Shown: piece after piece, positions 41,501-48,788 of the stretch
How the letters are laid out: the number at the start of each line of letters is the position of its first letter
Numbering within the stretch: the first letter of the stretch is position 1
From: an uncultured Nitrospiraceae bacterium
GTDB taxonomy: Bacteria > Nitrospirota > Nitrospiria > Nitrospirales > Nitrospiraceae
Length of the DNA: 64,000 bases
Assembly (NCBI GenBank): GCA_963846575.1
Contig: CAWJWJ010000002.1
Coordinates: 1,056,001 to 1,120,000, forward strand
Direction: 5' to 3'
Program-made: the position numbers and the translations under genes
Notes under the pieces: generated by a model
Told to the model about the DNA's origin: nothing
The model's database searches: none
Seen by the model: only the letters and a program-made list of their open reading frames with translations

Positions 41501-41925
41501 TTCCCGTGCGCGAGTGGCCGACGTTCTGGCAAGGGAAGGTGAAGCGACTGTGGGGTCTCATGCACCACGGCGAGGCTGCCGAACATCAGGATGAATTCCT
41601 TTACAAAGACCAGGTGACCTACGCCACGTTCCATGCCGCGGCGCGCTATGACTTGAAACCGTTTCGAGGCCAGGTTCTCAATGTGATCGCCTCCAAACAT
41701 CCTGTGACCAATTCCGAGGAGGACACCCGTCTGGTCTTCGGAGCGGCGGCTAGCGGGATGAGCCGCACGATATACCTGCCTGCCGAAGATTCGGGACGCC
41801 TCTTCACGGCGCCTCACGTGCAGGAATTGGCCGCCCATCTCAAGATGTTCTGGCAGGAAGCCAGGGCACAGCTCCGGCGAAAGCCGGACGATCAGAAGAC
41901 CGGATCGTCATCGAGGGCCGCCTGA
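32554..41925 (+). CDS. Lipopeptide NRPS: FAAL-ACP-C-A-PCP-C-A-PCP-TE
   Basis: FAAL LAYLQYTSGST/GRNHYPQDIE; ACP GLDSL; C domains HHIAVDG and HHIISDQ; A domains YTSGSTG and FTSGSTG; PCPs GGNSL and GGYSL; C-terminal alpha/beta hydrolase. Confidence 0.95.
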   Translation: MVRHSSLAIPSGATLLDVLRWRAEHQPDQIAYVFLRDGITPDGVLTYKDLDARARSIAGYLQTRFMPGACLLLVYPPGLEFVEALWGSLYAGMVAVPVPPPDAFRLAHGTARLHRIAEDARPAGALSTTQICTMLGQEALREGSVGSTQWMTLEEVGDEFSHQWKVPTAVASTLAYLQYTSGSTSAPKGVMVSHGNMTAQSRCITQAGGYESHSVTLSWMPHFHDYGLVKGIVHPLWIGRPSYLMSPLTFLKRPLRWLHAIQRFQVTHSGGPNFAYRHCVESMRAEDRAGMDLSGWEVASCGAEPIAPDTIARFTDAFAPAGFRPEAFSPAYGMAEFTLLISLKRKGLLPTVETLDPAALEQGLVSATREGDSPVRPVVGCGTPVGDTQVIIVHPDTLSQCAAQQIGEIWLAGASIAQGYWNNPEETARTFGGILRETGEGPFLRTGDLGFVKDGELFVTGRLKDLLIIRGRNHYPQDIERTVEQCHGLLRRGGAAAFSVVQAGEEAVVVIQEVERQATMLDIEEVAGTIRAAVSAQHDLHVFAIMFIKAGGLPKTSSGKVQRRACREAFIKGELPVLAESRRELPRVAVSSALVTEKNGQDLSRDAQLRYIEEHLQDLIAARLGSTRDAIPCERPVHLLGLDSLMAAEVLHAVETAWEVSLSLPVLLGGATIVDLAAMIGEARLRPETRPNDASSAEFSSEELIPLSENQAALWFLSRLAPDDPAANVSVLLHLPSDVDETFLRQAIVQLGLRHATLRTTFETQQDLPVQRIHDRLPISWSVVDGAAWDWGMMRRQATEAAAVPFDLLHGPVWRALLFRRRQDAFLLLVAHHIAVDGWSMSQLVDDLKRLYGAAQTGTTVLADEVGDEIASYGEFVTWHQGLLESEEGRRLAEYWRTRLAGDLPKYDILYDRPQTSVEPGRYSWHPFHIEASLTERLKTFARAEGTTLYAVCLAALQVLLYRYTNQEDTTVVTPVFGRSRTRFAQTIGDFVNMLVLRERLHPNHSGRELLARTKRTLLDALDHQDYPYSRLVSDLRPTRDQQRAPVAQILFVLQKFNLLAELDARMGESGLPSSEDSRPGWDTYVIPQQSGQFDLCIELAESGDGLRGYFEYKDQLLAPETVARLQEHYLRLLDGLVTDPAGRIGELPLMSEAEQQRTVLVWGRAPKPTVTLSCLHRLMEEQARRTPGAIAVQQGHQRLTYGDLNARSSRLAHYLRRRGAGAGVVVALCVERSLDLIVGLLGILKSGAAYLPLDADYPIERLDYMLRDSQVRVLVTRQDQLARLPATNTHTICLDSEWDQIAGCPDSPIEGTDALHNLAYVMYTSGSTGHPKGVMIEHRSIANYVQAITELAGVTAEDRSLQFASLSFDTAAEEIFPCLAAGATLVLRTTEMVESVSGFLDRCREWQITLLDLPTAYWHELVARMELEQLAFPACVRTVIIGGERVLPHIVRRWGKLVGHRVRLLNTYGPTETTVAVTCADLTVQEVQGEVQGELPIGRVITGASVYVLDQQRQLVPVGVAGELYVGGVGVARGYRGRPDLTESKFIPDPFSDLAGARLYRTGDLVSWRADGQLDYRGRVDRQVKIRGYRIELEEIEAVLNRHPDLERAVVEVREDQPGDKRIVAFMVLRPQSRLGLEQLREQLRRQLPAHMIPSSFIELEALPLTANGKVDRRALSVAADSRASKVDVTSRFVAPRNSTEQVLADIWGEILHLKDVGVQDNFFELGGNSLLATQLVSRVHALFRTSLPLRRVFETPTIATLAEAIGQTRGAGQPIAERMDLAITKAPRGMPLPLSFAQERMWFLYRLSPGAAAYNIPASVRLHGPLNRAALRRSVAELVRRHETLRTTFTQTDGHARQIIHEVLEPQWTQEDLRAVPSEIREPRALELATGEARRVFDLERGPLLRVLLIQLGEEDHILVMSTHHIISDQWSYGVIARELVSSYNAFCSGSPSFLRPELAIQYADFALWQRNWLTGPVLDEQLVYWKSKLLDLPAMTLPADRPRLPVHSFQGDHVSIELPWALINRLKQVSIREGVTLYMLFLSGFFVLLHRLTQQRDLVIGTPIANRNRLEVEELVGTFVNTLVLRTDVSSDLTFREFLAQVRDLSLDAYAHQDAPFEKLVEELRPDRSQGGLPLVQVLFNFANTPFGRAEFQHLSWTPYEVSRGAAQLDLGLSIDPFASRKAYLEYNTDLFDRATAERWVAQYRQLMEAIVQQPEAQLGRLPILTEQERHRVLREWNATETMGESDVCFPQLFEEQVARSPDAIAVVCDGVELSYAELNRRANRVAHQLRGWGVGPDAVVPIFLERSLDLLISLLGVLKAGGAYLPLVPGLPMRRLAVMIETSHAAVLVTSSTLLAGLPPHQLPVLCIDRDPDTLTHYPADDPSPLAGPQHLAYVLFTSGSTGQPKGVEIEHRALVNFLRSMQREPGVTGADVLIALTPLSFDIAGLELYLPLLTGARILLAKSRQAMDGPWLQRELDQGTVTVMQATPATWRMVLQSGWQGKRKVKVLCGGEALPRELAQELLSRASSVWNVYGPTETTIWSTLERVRSAERTVPIGRPIANTQAYVLDQNREPVPVGIPGELYLGGMGLARGYRYAPRLTEERFVASPFRAGERLYRTGDQVKWLPDGRLEYLGRIDFQVKLRGFRIELGEIETLLAEDHTVEQAVVIVREDVPGEKRLVGYVVAKHKELCDPESLRSALREMVPDYMVPAAIVVLTGFPLTPNGKVDRSALPVPVAEPVHDSGHAIEPRNRIELQLAAIWEQVLGITPIGVRDNFFALGGYSLLALRMFSAIEQTFGARLPMAVLFHAPTIEQLADVLAGEGRTVRWRSLVAIQPEGQHQPFFVVPGVGGNVLVFARLAKLLGNDQPFYGLQARGLDGKEKPFMRIEDMAAHYVDEIRSVQPNGPYLIGGTCTGGLAAYEIAQQLTARGEEVILAIVESWHPRSYVTHWSRAPYLLWPLLFVGMKLVAYYRLMRPLPVREWPTFWQGKVKRLWGLMHHGEAAEHQDEFLYKDQVTYATFHAAARYDLKPFRGQVLNVIASKHPVTNSEEDTRLVFGAAASGMSRTIYLPAEDSGRLFTAPHVQELAAHLKMFWQEARAQLRRKPDDQKTGSSSRAA

Positions 41926-41941
41926 AAGGCGCGGCCCTCGA
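41911..41941 (+). other. Perfect 11-bp hairpin spanning the NRPS stop codon (no U tract)
   Basis: TCGAGGGCCGC-CTGAAAGGC-GCGGCCCTCGA. Confidence 0.6.
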
Positions 41942-42062
41942 ACACCAGCGTGGGGTTAGCGTGGCCATGCTAAACTGTCCGCCGACCGGGAGCTTGCGAC
42001 GACGAATGGAGCAGTGAGGCCTCTCCGGCTCTCGGCAGCTTCTTGGCAACTGGATTTCCAGC

Positions 42063-43760
42063 ATGATTAAAATGTACCGGTTCCTTCAGTTTCTTCTCCG
42101 CGGTGCCAGAACCATGATGGTGCTGATGGTGCTCACCGGCCTGCTGGCCGGTCTGTCCAGTGTGGGACTTCTGGCGGTGATCAATAAGCTCATCAATGGC
42201 GCCGGCGTCACATCGTCGGTGTTTGCCCTCGCGTTCATCGGGCTAGCCGTGCTGAAGGTTGTCTCGAACTATCTGTCCCAATTACTGCTGGTCAAGTTCG
42301 CCCAGGAAACCATCCTGAATCTGGGGATGGAACTCTGTTGGAAAGTGGTGCGCGCACCCTATCGCACTCTCGAGCGACGGGGAACGCATGAAATCCTGGC
42401 GACACTGACCGATGACACCAATGCCATGGCTTGGGCGGTGAACGGCTTGCCCGGGCTCGCCATCAATGTCGCCATCCTTGCAGGATGCTCCCTCTACCTC
42501 GTATGGCTCTCCTGGCAGGCCTTTCTTGCGGTGGTGGTTTTGGCCTTGCTCGGATTGCTGGGCTATCGGCAACTCTACAATCGGGTGCTCAAGTCCTCCC
42601 AGGCGGTACGTGAGGCGAAAGGGGCGCTGTTCGAGCATTTCCGAAGCCTCACGGAAGGGATGAAGGAGCTCATGCTGCATCGTGGGCGACGCGAAACCTT
42701 TGTCGCCTCGGATATCCGGCAAGCCGCCGAAGCCCTGCGTCACCACAACCTGGTGACGACCAAACAGTACCTCGCCACTGATTCATGGACGCAGATCCTC
42801 TTCTATGGCTTGATCGGTGTGATTCTGCTGCTGTTTCCCAGACTCCTGGCCTTGTCCGGTGAGTCCCTCACAGGCTATGCCTTCGCTATGCTCTATATGA
42901 TCGGGCCGATGTGGGGATTGCTGGGAATGGTGCCGAATCTCACCCGCGGACAGGTGGCCCTGGAAAAGATCGAAAGCCTGGGATTGGCGTTGGACGAGGG
43001 ACATCGGGAGGGAGGGGCGGAGCGCCCGGTGGCCCAGGGAATGAACCAGATTGAATTTTCGAACGCGGTCTTTTCCTACGACCCGAAAAATGAAGACGAG
43101 CGATCCTTTACGCTCGGCCCGTTGGATTTGAGCTTGGCAACGGGGGAGCTGGTCTTTATTATCGGGGGCAACGGCAGCGGCAAGTCGACATTTGTGAAGC
43201 TGCTCACGGGACTCTACCTGCCGCAGGAGGGCACGGTGCGGCTCAACGGTGAGGCGATCGCGTCCACGACACAGGATTGGTACAGGCAGCATTTCGCAGC
43301 GGTGTTTTCCGATTTTTATCTGTTCAAAAAACTTCTGGGACTTGACCCCTCGTTGGTCGACCGTCAAGCGGACGGCTGGTTGAAGACGCTCCGGATCGAA
43401 CATAAGGTGGCCATCAAGAACGGCGAATACTCGACGGTGAACGTCTCGCAGGGCCAACGTAAACGGTTGGCGCTCGTCACGGCCATGCTGGAAGATCGGC
43501 CTTTCTATGTGTTCGATGAATGGGCGGCTGATCAGGATCCCCAGTACAAGGAGGTCTTCTACGGCGAATTGTTGCCGGAGTTACGGGCGAGAGGCAAAGG
43601 CGTGATCGTGGTGACCCATGATGACCGGTACTTCCATGTGGGGGACCGCGTGTTGAAATTGGAAGAAGGAAAAATTGTGGACGCATCGGCAGGGATCACG
43701 CGTGGCGTCGCCCACCGCGGTGGGCCGCAGCTCAAGCCCGTCGCCCGTCCCTCGGCGTAA
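42063..43760 (+). CDS. Cyclic-peptide export ABC transporter (PvdE/SyrD/YojI family)
   Basis: TM domain; GMKEL; GGNGSGKST; SQGQRKRLAL; FDEWAADQDP family signature. Confidence 0.95.
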   Translation: MIKMYRFLQFLLRGARTMMVLMVLTGLLAGLSSVGLLAVINKLINGAGVTSSVFALAFIGLAVLKVVSNYLSQLLLVKFAQETILNLGMELCWKVVRAPYRTLERRGTHEILATLTDDTNAMAWAVNGLPGLAINVAILAGCSLYLVWLSWQAFLAVVVLALLGLLGYRQLYNRVLKSSQAVREAKGALFEHFRSLTEGMKELMLHRGRRETFVASDIRQAAEALRHHNLVTTKQYLATDSWTQILFYGLIGVILLLFPRLLALSGESLTGYAFAMLYMIGPMWGLLGMVPNLTRGQVALEKIESLGLALDEGHREGGAERPVAQGMNQIEFSNAVFSYDPKNEDERSFTLGPLDLSLATGELVFIIGGNGSGKSTFVKLLTGLYLPQEGTVRLNGEAIASTTQDWYRQHFAAVFSDFYLFKKLLGLDPSLVDRQADGWLKTLRIEHKVAIKNGEYSTVNVSQGQRKRLALVTAMLEDRPFYVFDEWAADQDPQYKEVFYGELLPELRARGKGVIVVTHDDRYFHVGDRVLKLEEGKIVDASAGITRGVAHRGGPQLKPVARPSA

Positions 43761-43791
43761 CGCGAAGCCCATCCGTTGCGCCCCTCGAATT

Positions 43792-44553
43792 ATGACCGCA
43801 GTGCTGATTCCCACCACAGCATCCCTTCCGTTAGTGCCCCTCGACCGCGGGGACGTGCATGTCTGGATGTGCGACCTGTCCCGACAGGCGCATCAACGCG
43901 CGGGCCTGGCGGCATGTCTCTCCAGCGATGAGCAGCACCGTGCCGCCCGTTTCGCCTTTGATCGGGATCGAGAGCGGTTCATTCTCTCCCACGGCCTGTT
44001 GCGCGTGATTCTGTCCCGCTATCTGGCGGTGCAGCCGGGTCGGATCGCGTTTGAGACGGGTGTGTATGGAAAACCGGCGGTTCCGCGTGGATCGGAAACG
44101 TCGCTGCCGATCGAGTTCAGTCTGACGCATTCGGGCCAGCATGCGCTCGTGGCGGTGGCGAACGGGCGCGCGGTCGGAGTCGACGTGGAAGAGTGCCGCC
44201 GTGAGGTGGATGCACTACAACTTGCCCAGCGGTTCTTTGCGGACGGCGAACGCCAGCGGATCGCCCGGGCGCAGGGCCATGAGCGGCAGCAGCTTTTCTA
44301 TCGGTATTGGACAGCCAAAGAGGCCTATCTTAAGGGGCTTGGCGTCGGGCTTTCCCTTGGACTGGACCGGTTCGAACTGCTCTTCGATGAGCGGTTGACG
44401 CAGGCACAGGTCCGTTCAGCCGAGTCGGGCAGTCTGGACGAGGCATGGCTGGTGCAGCCACTTCGGATCGCTGATCACCTGGCCGGGGCGCTCGCGGTGG
44501 AAGGTCAGTCCTGGCAGGTTCAGATGTTCGATGCGGGCACGTTGTTGCCTTAG
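43792..44553 (+). CDS. Sfp-type 4'-phosphopantetheinyl transferase
   Basis: LSSDE..RA.RF, YGKP, FSLTHS, VGVDVE and WTAKEAYLKG motifs. Confidence 0.95.
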   Translation: MTAVLIPTTASLPLVPLDRGDVHVWMCDLSRQAHQRAGLAACLSSDEQHRAARFAFDRDRERFILSHGLLRVILSRYLAVQPGRIAFETGVYGKPAVPRGSETSLPIEFSLTHSGQHALVAVANGRAVGVDVEECRREVDALQLAQRFFADGERQRIARAQGHERQQLFYRYWTAKEAYLKGLGVGLSLGLDRFELLFDERLTQAQVRSAESGSLDEAWLVQPLRIADHLAGALAVEGQSWQVQMFDAGTLLP

Positions 44554-45038
44554 AACTTTTTCCCTCCGGCCGCGTCCTTCCGTAGCTGGCGAAAGAACTC
44601 CTGCAACAGATTGCGGCTTTCGTCGGCGCACAAACCGCCGACGACCTCGACTCGATGGTTCAGGCGAGGTTCGGGAGGGATGTCCATGATGGATCCGCAG
44701 GCGCCTGCCTTGGGATCGGTGGCGCCGAACACCAGACGAGGAATACGAGCCAGGACGATGGCGCCAATGCACATCGTGCAGGGTTCCAACGTGACATACA
44801 GCGTCGTACCGGTGAGGCGCCAATTTTTCTCCTGCCGCGCCGCCTCCTGAATGACGATCAGTTCCGCATGGGCCGTGGGATCCTGCCGGGTTTCCCGTCC
44901 ATTATGGGCCTCGGCGAGCACGACGCCCTCGCGCACCAACAGGGCGGCAATCGGCACTTCGCCTACCAGCGTCGCCGCGCGAGCCAGCGTCAGCGCCTGT
45001 TGCATGAATCGAGAATCGAGATCGTCGAGAGAGACCAT
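44550..45038 (-). CDS. tadA: tRNA adenosine(34) deaminase
   Basis: EVPI, DPTAHAE, TLEPCTMC, DPKAGA and LNH motifs. Confidence 0.95.
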   Translation of the reverse strand: MVSLDDLDSRFMQQALTLARAATLVGEVPIAALLVREGVVLAEAHNGRETRQDPTAHAELIVIQEAARQEKNWRLTGTTLYVTLEPCTMCIGAIVLARIPRLVFGATDPKAGACGSIMDIPPEPRLNHRVEVVGGLCADESRNLLQEFFRQLRKDAAGGKKF

Positions 45039-45161
45039 AGTCTTGCCTGACGTGGTTCCATTTGCGTTCAGAAGGCGCGCCCGGTCAGCATCGATGGCGC
45101 ATGCTATCACTGAGCGGTGGTGGAAAGGCAGCAGGAATGAGGGAAGGGGAGGGACAGGCGG

Positions 45162-46178
45162 TTAAATCTGACCGACCAGGTAGATGGCACCCGTCGGTTG
45201 CGGGACTCCCCCGTCCGGTTCCACCGTGACGGCAAATTTCTTCATCCGTGAAAATTCCTGGAGCGATTTGATCAACATGCGACCCTTTTGCCCGGTATCC
45301 AGGCCGAACACCCCGGCGCTGACCGGTTTGTCGTCGATGGCCCAGAGTTGGTACACCTTTCCCTTGGGCAAAGCCGGCAGATTGAACGCGTACAACCAGG
45401 CCTTCTTCGTGACCGGGTCGAACAAGAGGAACGCGCCCGCCGACTTGGCCATCTCGGAACCCGAGAGCGACACCACCTTGGATGCAGGGTTTTTCAGGAA
45501 GGCGCTGAACTCGTCATTCTGGCGGGCCAGGCGCTGCATGGAGCTCTCGCGCTGTGCCAGCTGAGTCCGTACGTCTTCGAGTTCGGTTTCCCGTCGCAGC
45601 AATTGATCCTGCAGGTCGACGAGTTCGCTCCCTCGTCGGTCCAGCTCGGATTTGAGCGCGACGACGACCTGTTCCCGCTTCTGCACATCCGCCTGCAGAC
45701 TGCTGACACGACCCGTTGCCTCCTGCACGGCGGCCCGTAACTGCTGCACTTCTCCCGAATGCTGAGCCGACTGCGAAGAGGCGAGCCAGGCTAGATAACC
45801 GCCGCCCAGGAGCACAGCCAGTCCGGCGAATCCCATCGCAAGGCGAAACGGCCAGGATCGAGCGGGAGCCACCGGCGGAAAGAGGTGGTTCACCCATTCG
45901 CCCGGTTCCAGGCTCGACCGCCCGGCGGCCTTGTCCATCTCCGCCGTGCCTGCGAGAGGGGCTGGAGCCGACAAGATCTTGGCCTTGAGCGTGCTGGGCG
46001 GTGTTGCCGGCGTGAGGCCGAACGGCAGGTGCGACGCCACGGTCTGATAGTCCTTCAGGGCGGCATGGCAGGCGGCGCATCCCGACAGCAGATGAGCTTC
46101 GATGGCCTGTCGCTCCGAACGTTCCAGGGCGCCGATGGCGTAAAGGGGGACCGCTTCTTCCAATTCCTCGTGCGTCAT
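45162..46178 (-). CDS. Anti-sigma factor (RskA-like) with N-terminal HxxxCxxC-like motif, TM helix and coiled coil
   Basis: YAIGAL, HLLSGCAAC, YQLWAI, PVSAGVF and FAVTVEP.GG..PTG motifs. Confidence 0.88.
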   Translation of the reverse strand: MTHEELEEAVPLYAIGALERSERQAIEAHLLSGCAACHAALKDYQTVASHLPFGLTPATPPSTLKAKILSAPAPLAGTAEMDKAAGRSSLEPGEWVNHLFPPVAPARSWPFRLAMGFAGLAVLLGGGYLAWLASSQSAQHSGEVQQLRAAVQEATGRVSSLQADVQKREQVVVALKSELDRRGSELVDLQDQLLRRETELEDVRTQLAQRESSMQRLARQNDEFSAFLKNPASKVVSLSGSEMAKSAGAFLLFDPVTKKAWLYAFNLPALPKGKVYQLWAIDDKPVSAGVFGLDTGQKGRMLIKSLQEFSRMKKFAVTVEPDGGVPQPTGAIYLVGQI

Positions 46179-46780
46179 AACCCTTGACCTTGCGGCAGCG
46201 TGTGATGCAACGACTCCCGGAGTTTAGTCATCGCCAGCTTAATCCTAGTCTTCACGGTGCCGAGCGGTTGATTCAATTTGGCGGCGATCTCCGTATGCGT
46301 CAATCCCTGGTAAAACGCCATCTCGATGGCCTGTTGTTGGGGAGGAGGGAGATCGAGAATGGCTTTGGCCATAAGTTGCCGCAGTTCACTGTCCTCCCGG
46401 GCTTCATAAGGATTCGGACTTACATCGGGGGTGTGCGACACCAGCGGGTGCTCGAGGGAATTAGGCACCAGATGCTGTCCGCGAGAGGCTCGTGCACGCA
46501 GACGGTCGATCGCGCGGCTACGGGTCAAGGTCACCAGCCAGGCGACGGGGTTGCCACGTCCGGGATCGTATTTGGCAATTTTTCGCCACACTTCGAGGTA
46601 GACTTCCTGGAGCAACTCCGCCGCCTCTTCCCGATCACTCAAAATGCGATAGGCCAGCGTGAAAAGCAGCGTGCTGGATTGATCGTAGAGCTGGCTGAAA
46701 GCCTGTGGATCGCCCTTGGCCACACGGGTCAAGAGTTTGGGCTCGATGCTCGATGCGGCTTGTCGGGAGGCAGAATCCAT
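46175..46780 (-). CDS. ECF RNA polymerase sigma factor (SigK-like)
   Basis: AF.QLYD, ELLQEVYLEVW, RSRAIDRLR and LGTVKTRI motifs; overlaps the anti-sigma gene. Confidence 0.93.
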   Translation of the reverse strand: MDSASRQAASSIEPKLLTRVAKGDPQAFSQLYDQSSTLLFTLAYRILSDREEAAELLQEVYLEVWRKIAKYDPGRGNPVAWLVTLTRSRAIDRLRARASRGQHLVPNSLEHPLVSHTPDVSPNPYEAREDSELRQLMAKAILDLPPPQQQAIEMAFYQGLTHTEIAAKLNQPLGTVKTRIKLAMTKLRESLHHTLPQGQGL

Positions 46781-46937
46781 GCAGTCGGCCTAGGCGCGGG
46801 GCACTCCTCTGGGTCTCGGCACGCCACACTATAGCATTCTACGGAGGAAACGACCAATCGGATTGCGATTCGCTGAGCACCTGTCGGCGGTCACGAACGC
46901 ATGAGAGTGGCAGAAGGGGAGCGTGATACCGCTCGGT

Positions 46938-48017
46938 TCAGAAGTGACGGGTCAGAATATGCGCTGCATCTGCCGCGCCCGACAGCGGTGGAGGTGGCTG
47001 GCGGATGGATTGGTCGAAGGCCTGTTGGAACGTTTCCGCCCAACGTCCGTCCAGAAAATCCGCCAGTGATAACTCGGCACCCCGACCGTGGAGCTGGAGA
47101 TAGGCGACCAGTGAATCTTCATCCGCAAAATTGTACCGGCGCACATACACCACTGCTCTGCCCAATGCCACCGCCTCGACGAACGTCCCGTAACCGGGCT
47201 TCGTGAGGATGAGGTCGACCGAGGCCAGCACTTGCTTGAAGGGCCAACCCAGGGCTGCCAGAGAAGTCACCCGCGCGAGCCCGTCGGGCACTGCCCCGTC
47301 CACGATGAAGCGGTAGGAAGGCAGCGATTCCATGTGCGGGAAGGGAATATGCCGGAGGGGGATTCCGCCAAACCCCACCAGCACGATCCGGTCCGACGGC
47401 TCCGCACCGATGGCATCGCGGAGCTGTTTGGGCAGCGGTTCTGAGGGTTCTGCGATGGGACCGATGTCGCGCATGTTTCGAAAGGGTGTCATCGCCGTGC
47501 CTGGCGCCACGCGCAAGAAATAATCGGCTTGCGCATAGGCCTCTCTGATCTGGCGAAGGATGCCGCTCTGGTCATCCACTTCGGGATCGATGAATGGCTC
47601 CAGCACCAGGTCCCATGACAGGGAACACATGCCGATTGTGGCAATGCCCGTTGAGGCCCCGGCGGCCATCGCCAAATGCGACACGTCGGATAACACACAG
47701 GCGGGGCCGGCGGAACGGATGAGTGCGGCCTCCGTCTGGACTTTCGCGCCCCAATCGGCATGGAGGCTGCGGTGGGCGGCCCAGGTGCCTGGCACGTCTA
47801 TTTTCAGGGGCCCGTCTTGAACGCAGCCGACGTCTTGCTGCGCGACACTCAGCTGCCAGGGAATCGTGAGGCGAGGTTCGAAGAAGCCGGCGGGAACGGT
47901 CGTGCGCAGGATCGCGGTGAGATTGGGGACCAGCTGCCCGAGGGCATTCAGCACCGGGGCGACTTGCGCGGCATGCCCGAAGCCGTGACCGGAGACGGAA
48001 CACCAGATCAACGGCAT
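46938..48017 (-). CDS. GT-B fold glycosyltransferase-like protein
   Basis: SGHGFGHA, VLVGFGG and TKPGYGTFVEA motifs. Confidence 0.75.
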   Translation of the reverse strand: MPLIWCSVSGHGFGHAAQVAPVLNALGQLVPNLTAILRTTVPAGFFEPRLTIPWQLSVAQQDVGCVQDGPLKIDVPGTWAAHRSLHADWGAKVQTEAALIRSAGPACVLSDVSHLAMAAGASTGIATIGMCSLSWDLVLEPFIDPEVDDQSGILRQIREAYAQADYFLRVAPGTAMTPFRNMRDIGPIAEPSEPLPKQLRDAIGAEPSDRIVLVGFGGIPLRHIPFPHMESLPSYRFIVDGAVPDGLARVTSLAALGWPFKQVLASVDLILTKPGYGTFVEAVALGRAVVYVRRYNFADEDSLVAYLQLHGRGAELSLADFLDGRWAETFQQAFDQSIRQPPPPLSGAADAAHILTRHF

Positions 48018-48179
48018 GGCAGCCTGTTACAGAAAGATTCACACATCGCATGCGACGCGGAACCCGCCTCATCCTGGCGTCGAAGGGCCGCTCGCGGATC
48101 GGGTTTCCCTACGGCCCGATCGGATGAGGTAGCCGACTGCCCCTCGGCAGTCTCTCTGCGATGCCTGTCCATCGGCCGC

Positions 48180-48383
48180 TCAGCTGTTCGACGAGATGTC
48201 GGATTCCAGCGGTGCGATGTTGTACTGCAACTCCAGATCGAATTCGTCGATCAGTTCGTTCACCGCCTCATGGCCCAAATCCGAGCGGACCTCATTGATC
48301 ACGAGTTCGATGGCCATGGCGGCATGCTGGCCGTACTGAGTGATAGCGGATTCGATCCGTTGTCTGGCTGTATCGAGATTCAT
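48180..48383 (-). CDS. Small acidic hypothetical protein
   Basis: AGGAGG RBS; 67-aa helical ORF within the operon. Confidence 0.65.
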   Translation of the reverse strand: MNLDTARQRIESAITQYGQHAAMAIELVINEVRSDLGHEAVNELIDEFDLELQYNIAPLESDISSNS

Positions 48384-48400
48384 ACTTCCTCCTGAGTGAC

Positions 48401-48718
48401 CTATCCGAGCGTACGTAATAGCTGCTGGAATTCGGGCACGAGGTCGACTCCCCCGTTCGATCGGCCTGAGACGGCGGCATCGATGCCGGCTTGCAAGACC
48501 GGCTTGGCTGCGTCCTTTTTGCCCAGGGAAACCAGGGCTCGCCCGAGTGCGAGGTGAGAGGCCACGTGCGTCGGATCGAGTTGGGTGGCGACGGTCAGGT
48601 GTTCGACCGCCTCCTCGGCGCTGCCGCCCTCTTGCAGTATTTTGTTCCCCAGGCCGTAACGGCCCAGGAATCCCTTGGGGTTCTTTTCAACCATTTGACG
48701 AAAGGCGCTGATATCCAT
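48401..48718 (-). CDS. Small TPR-like protein
   Basis: NP...GRYGLG, A..LDP....HLALGRAL pattern; AAGGAG RBS. Confidence 0.75.
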   Translation of the reverse strand: MDISAFRQMVEKNPKGFLGRYGLGNKILQEGGSAEEAVEHLTVATQLDPTHVASHLALGRALVSLGKKDAAKPVLQAGIDAAVSGRSNGGVDLVPEFQQLLRTLG

Positions 48719-48788
48719 GAGGCTCCTTCTGAATCATGATCCGCAGGTCACGTGACGCGGGATTGTACCATCGTCGCCGTTCGATCAG

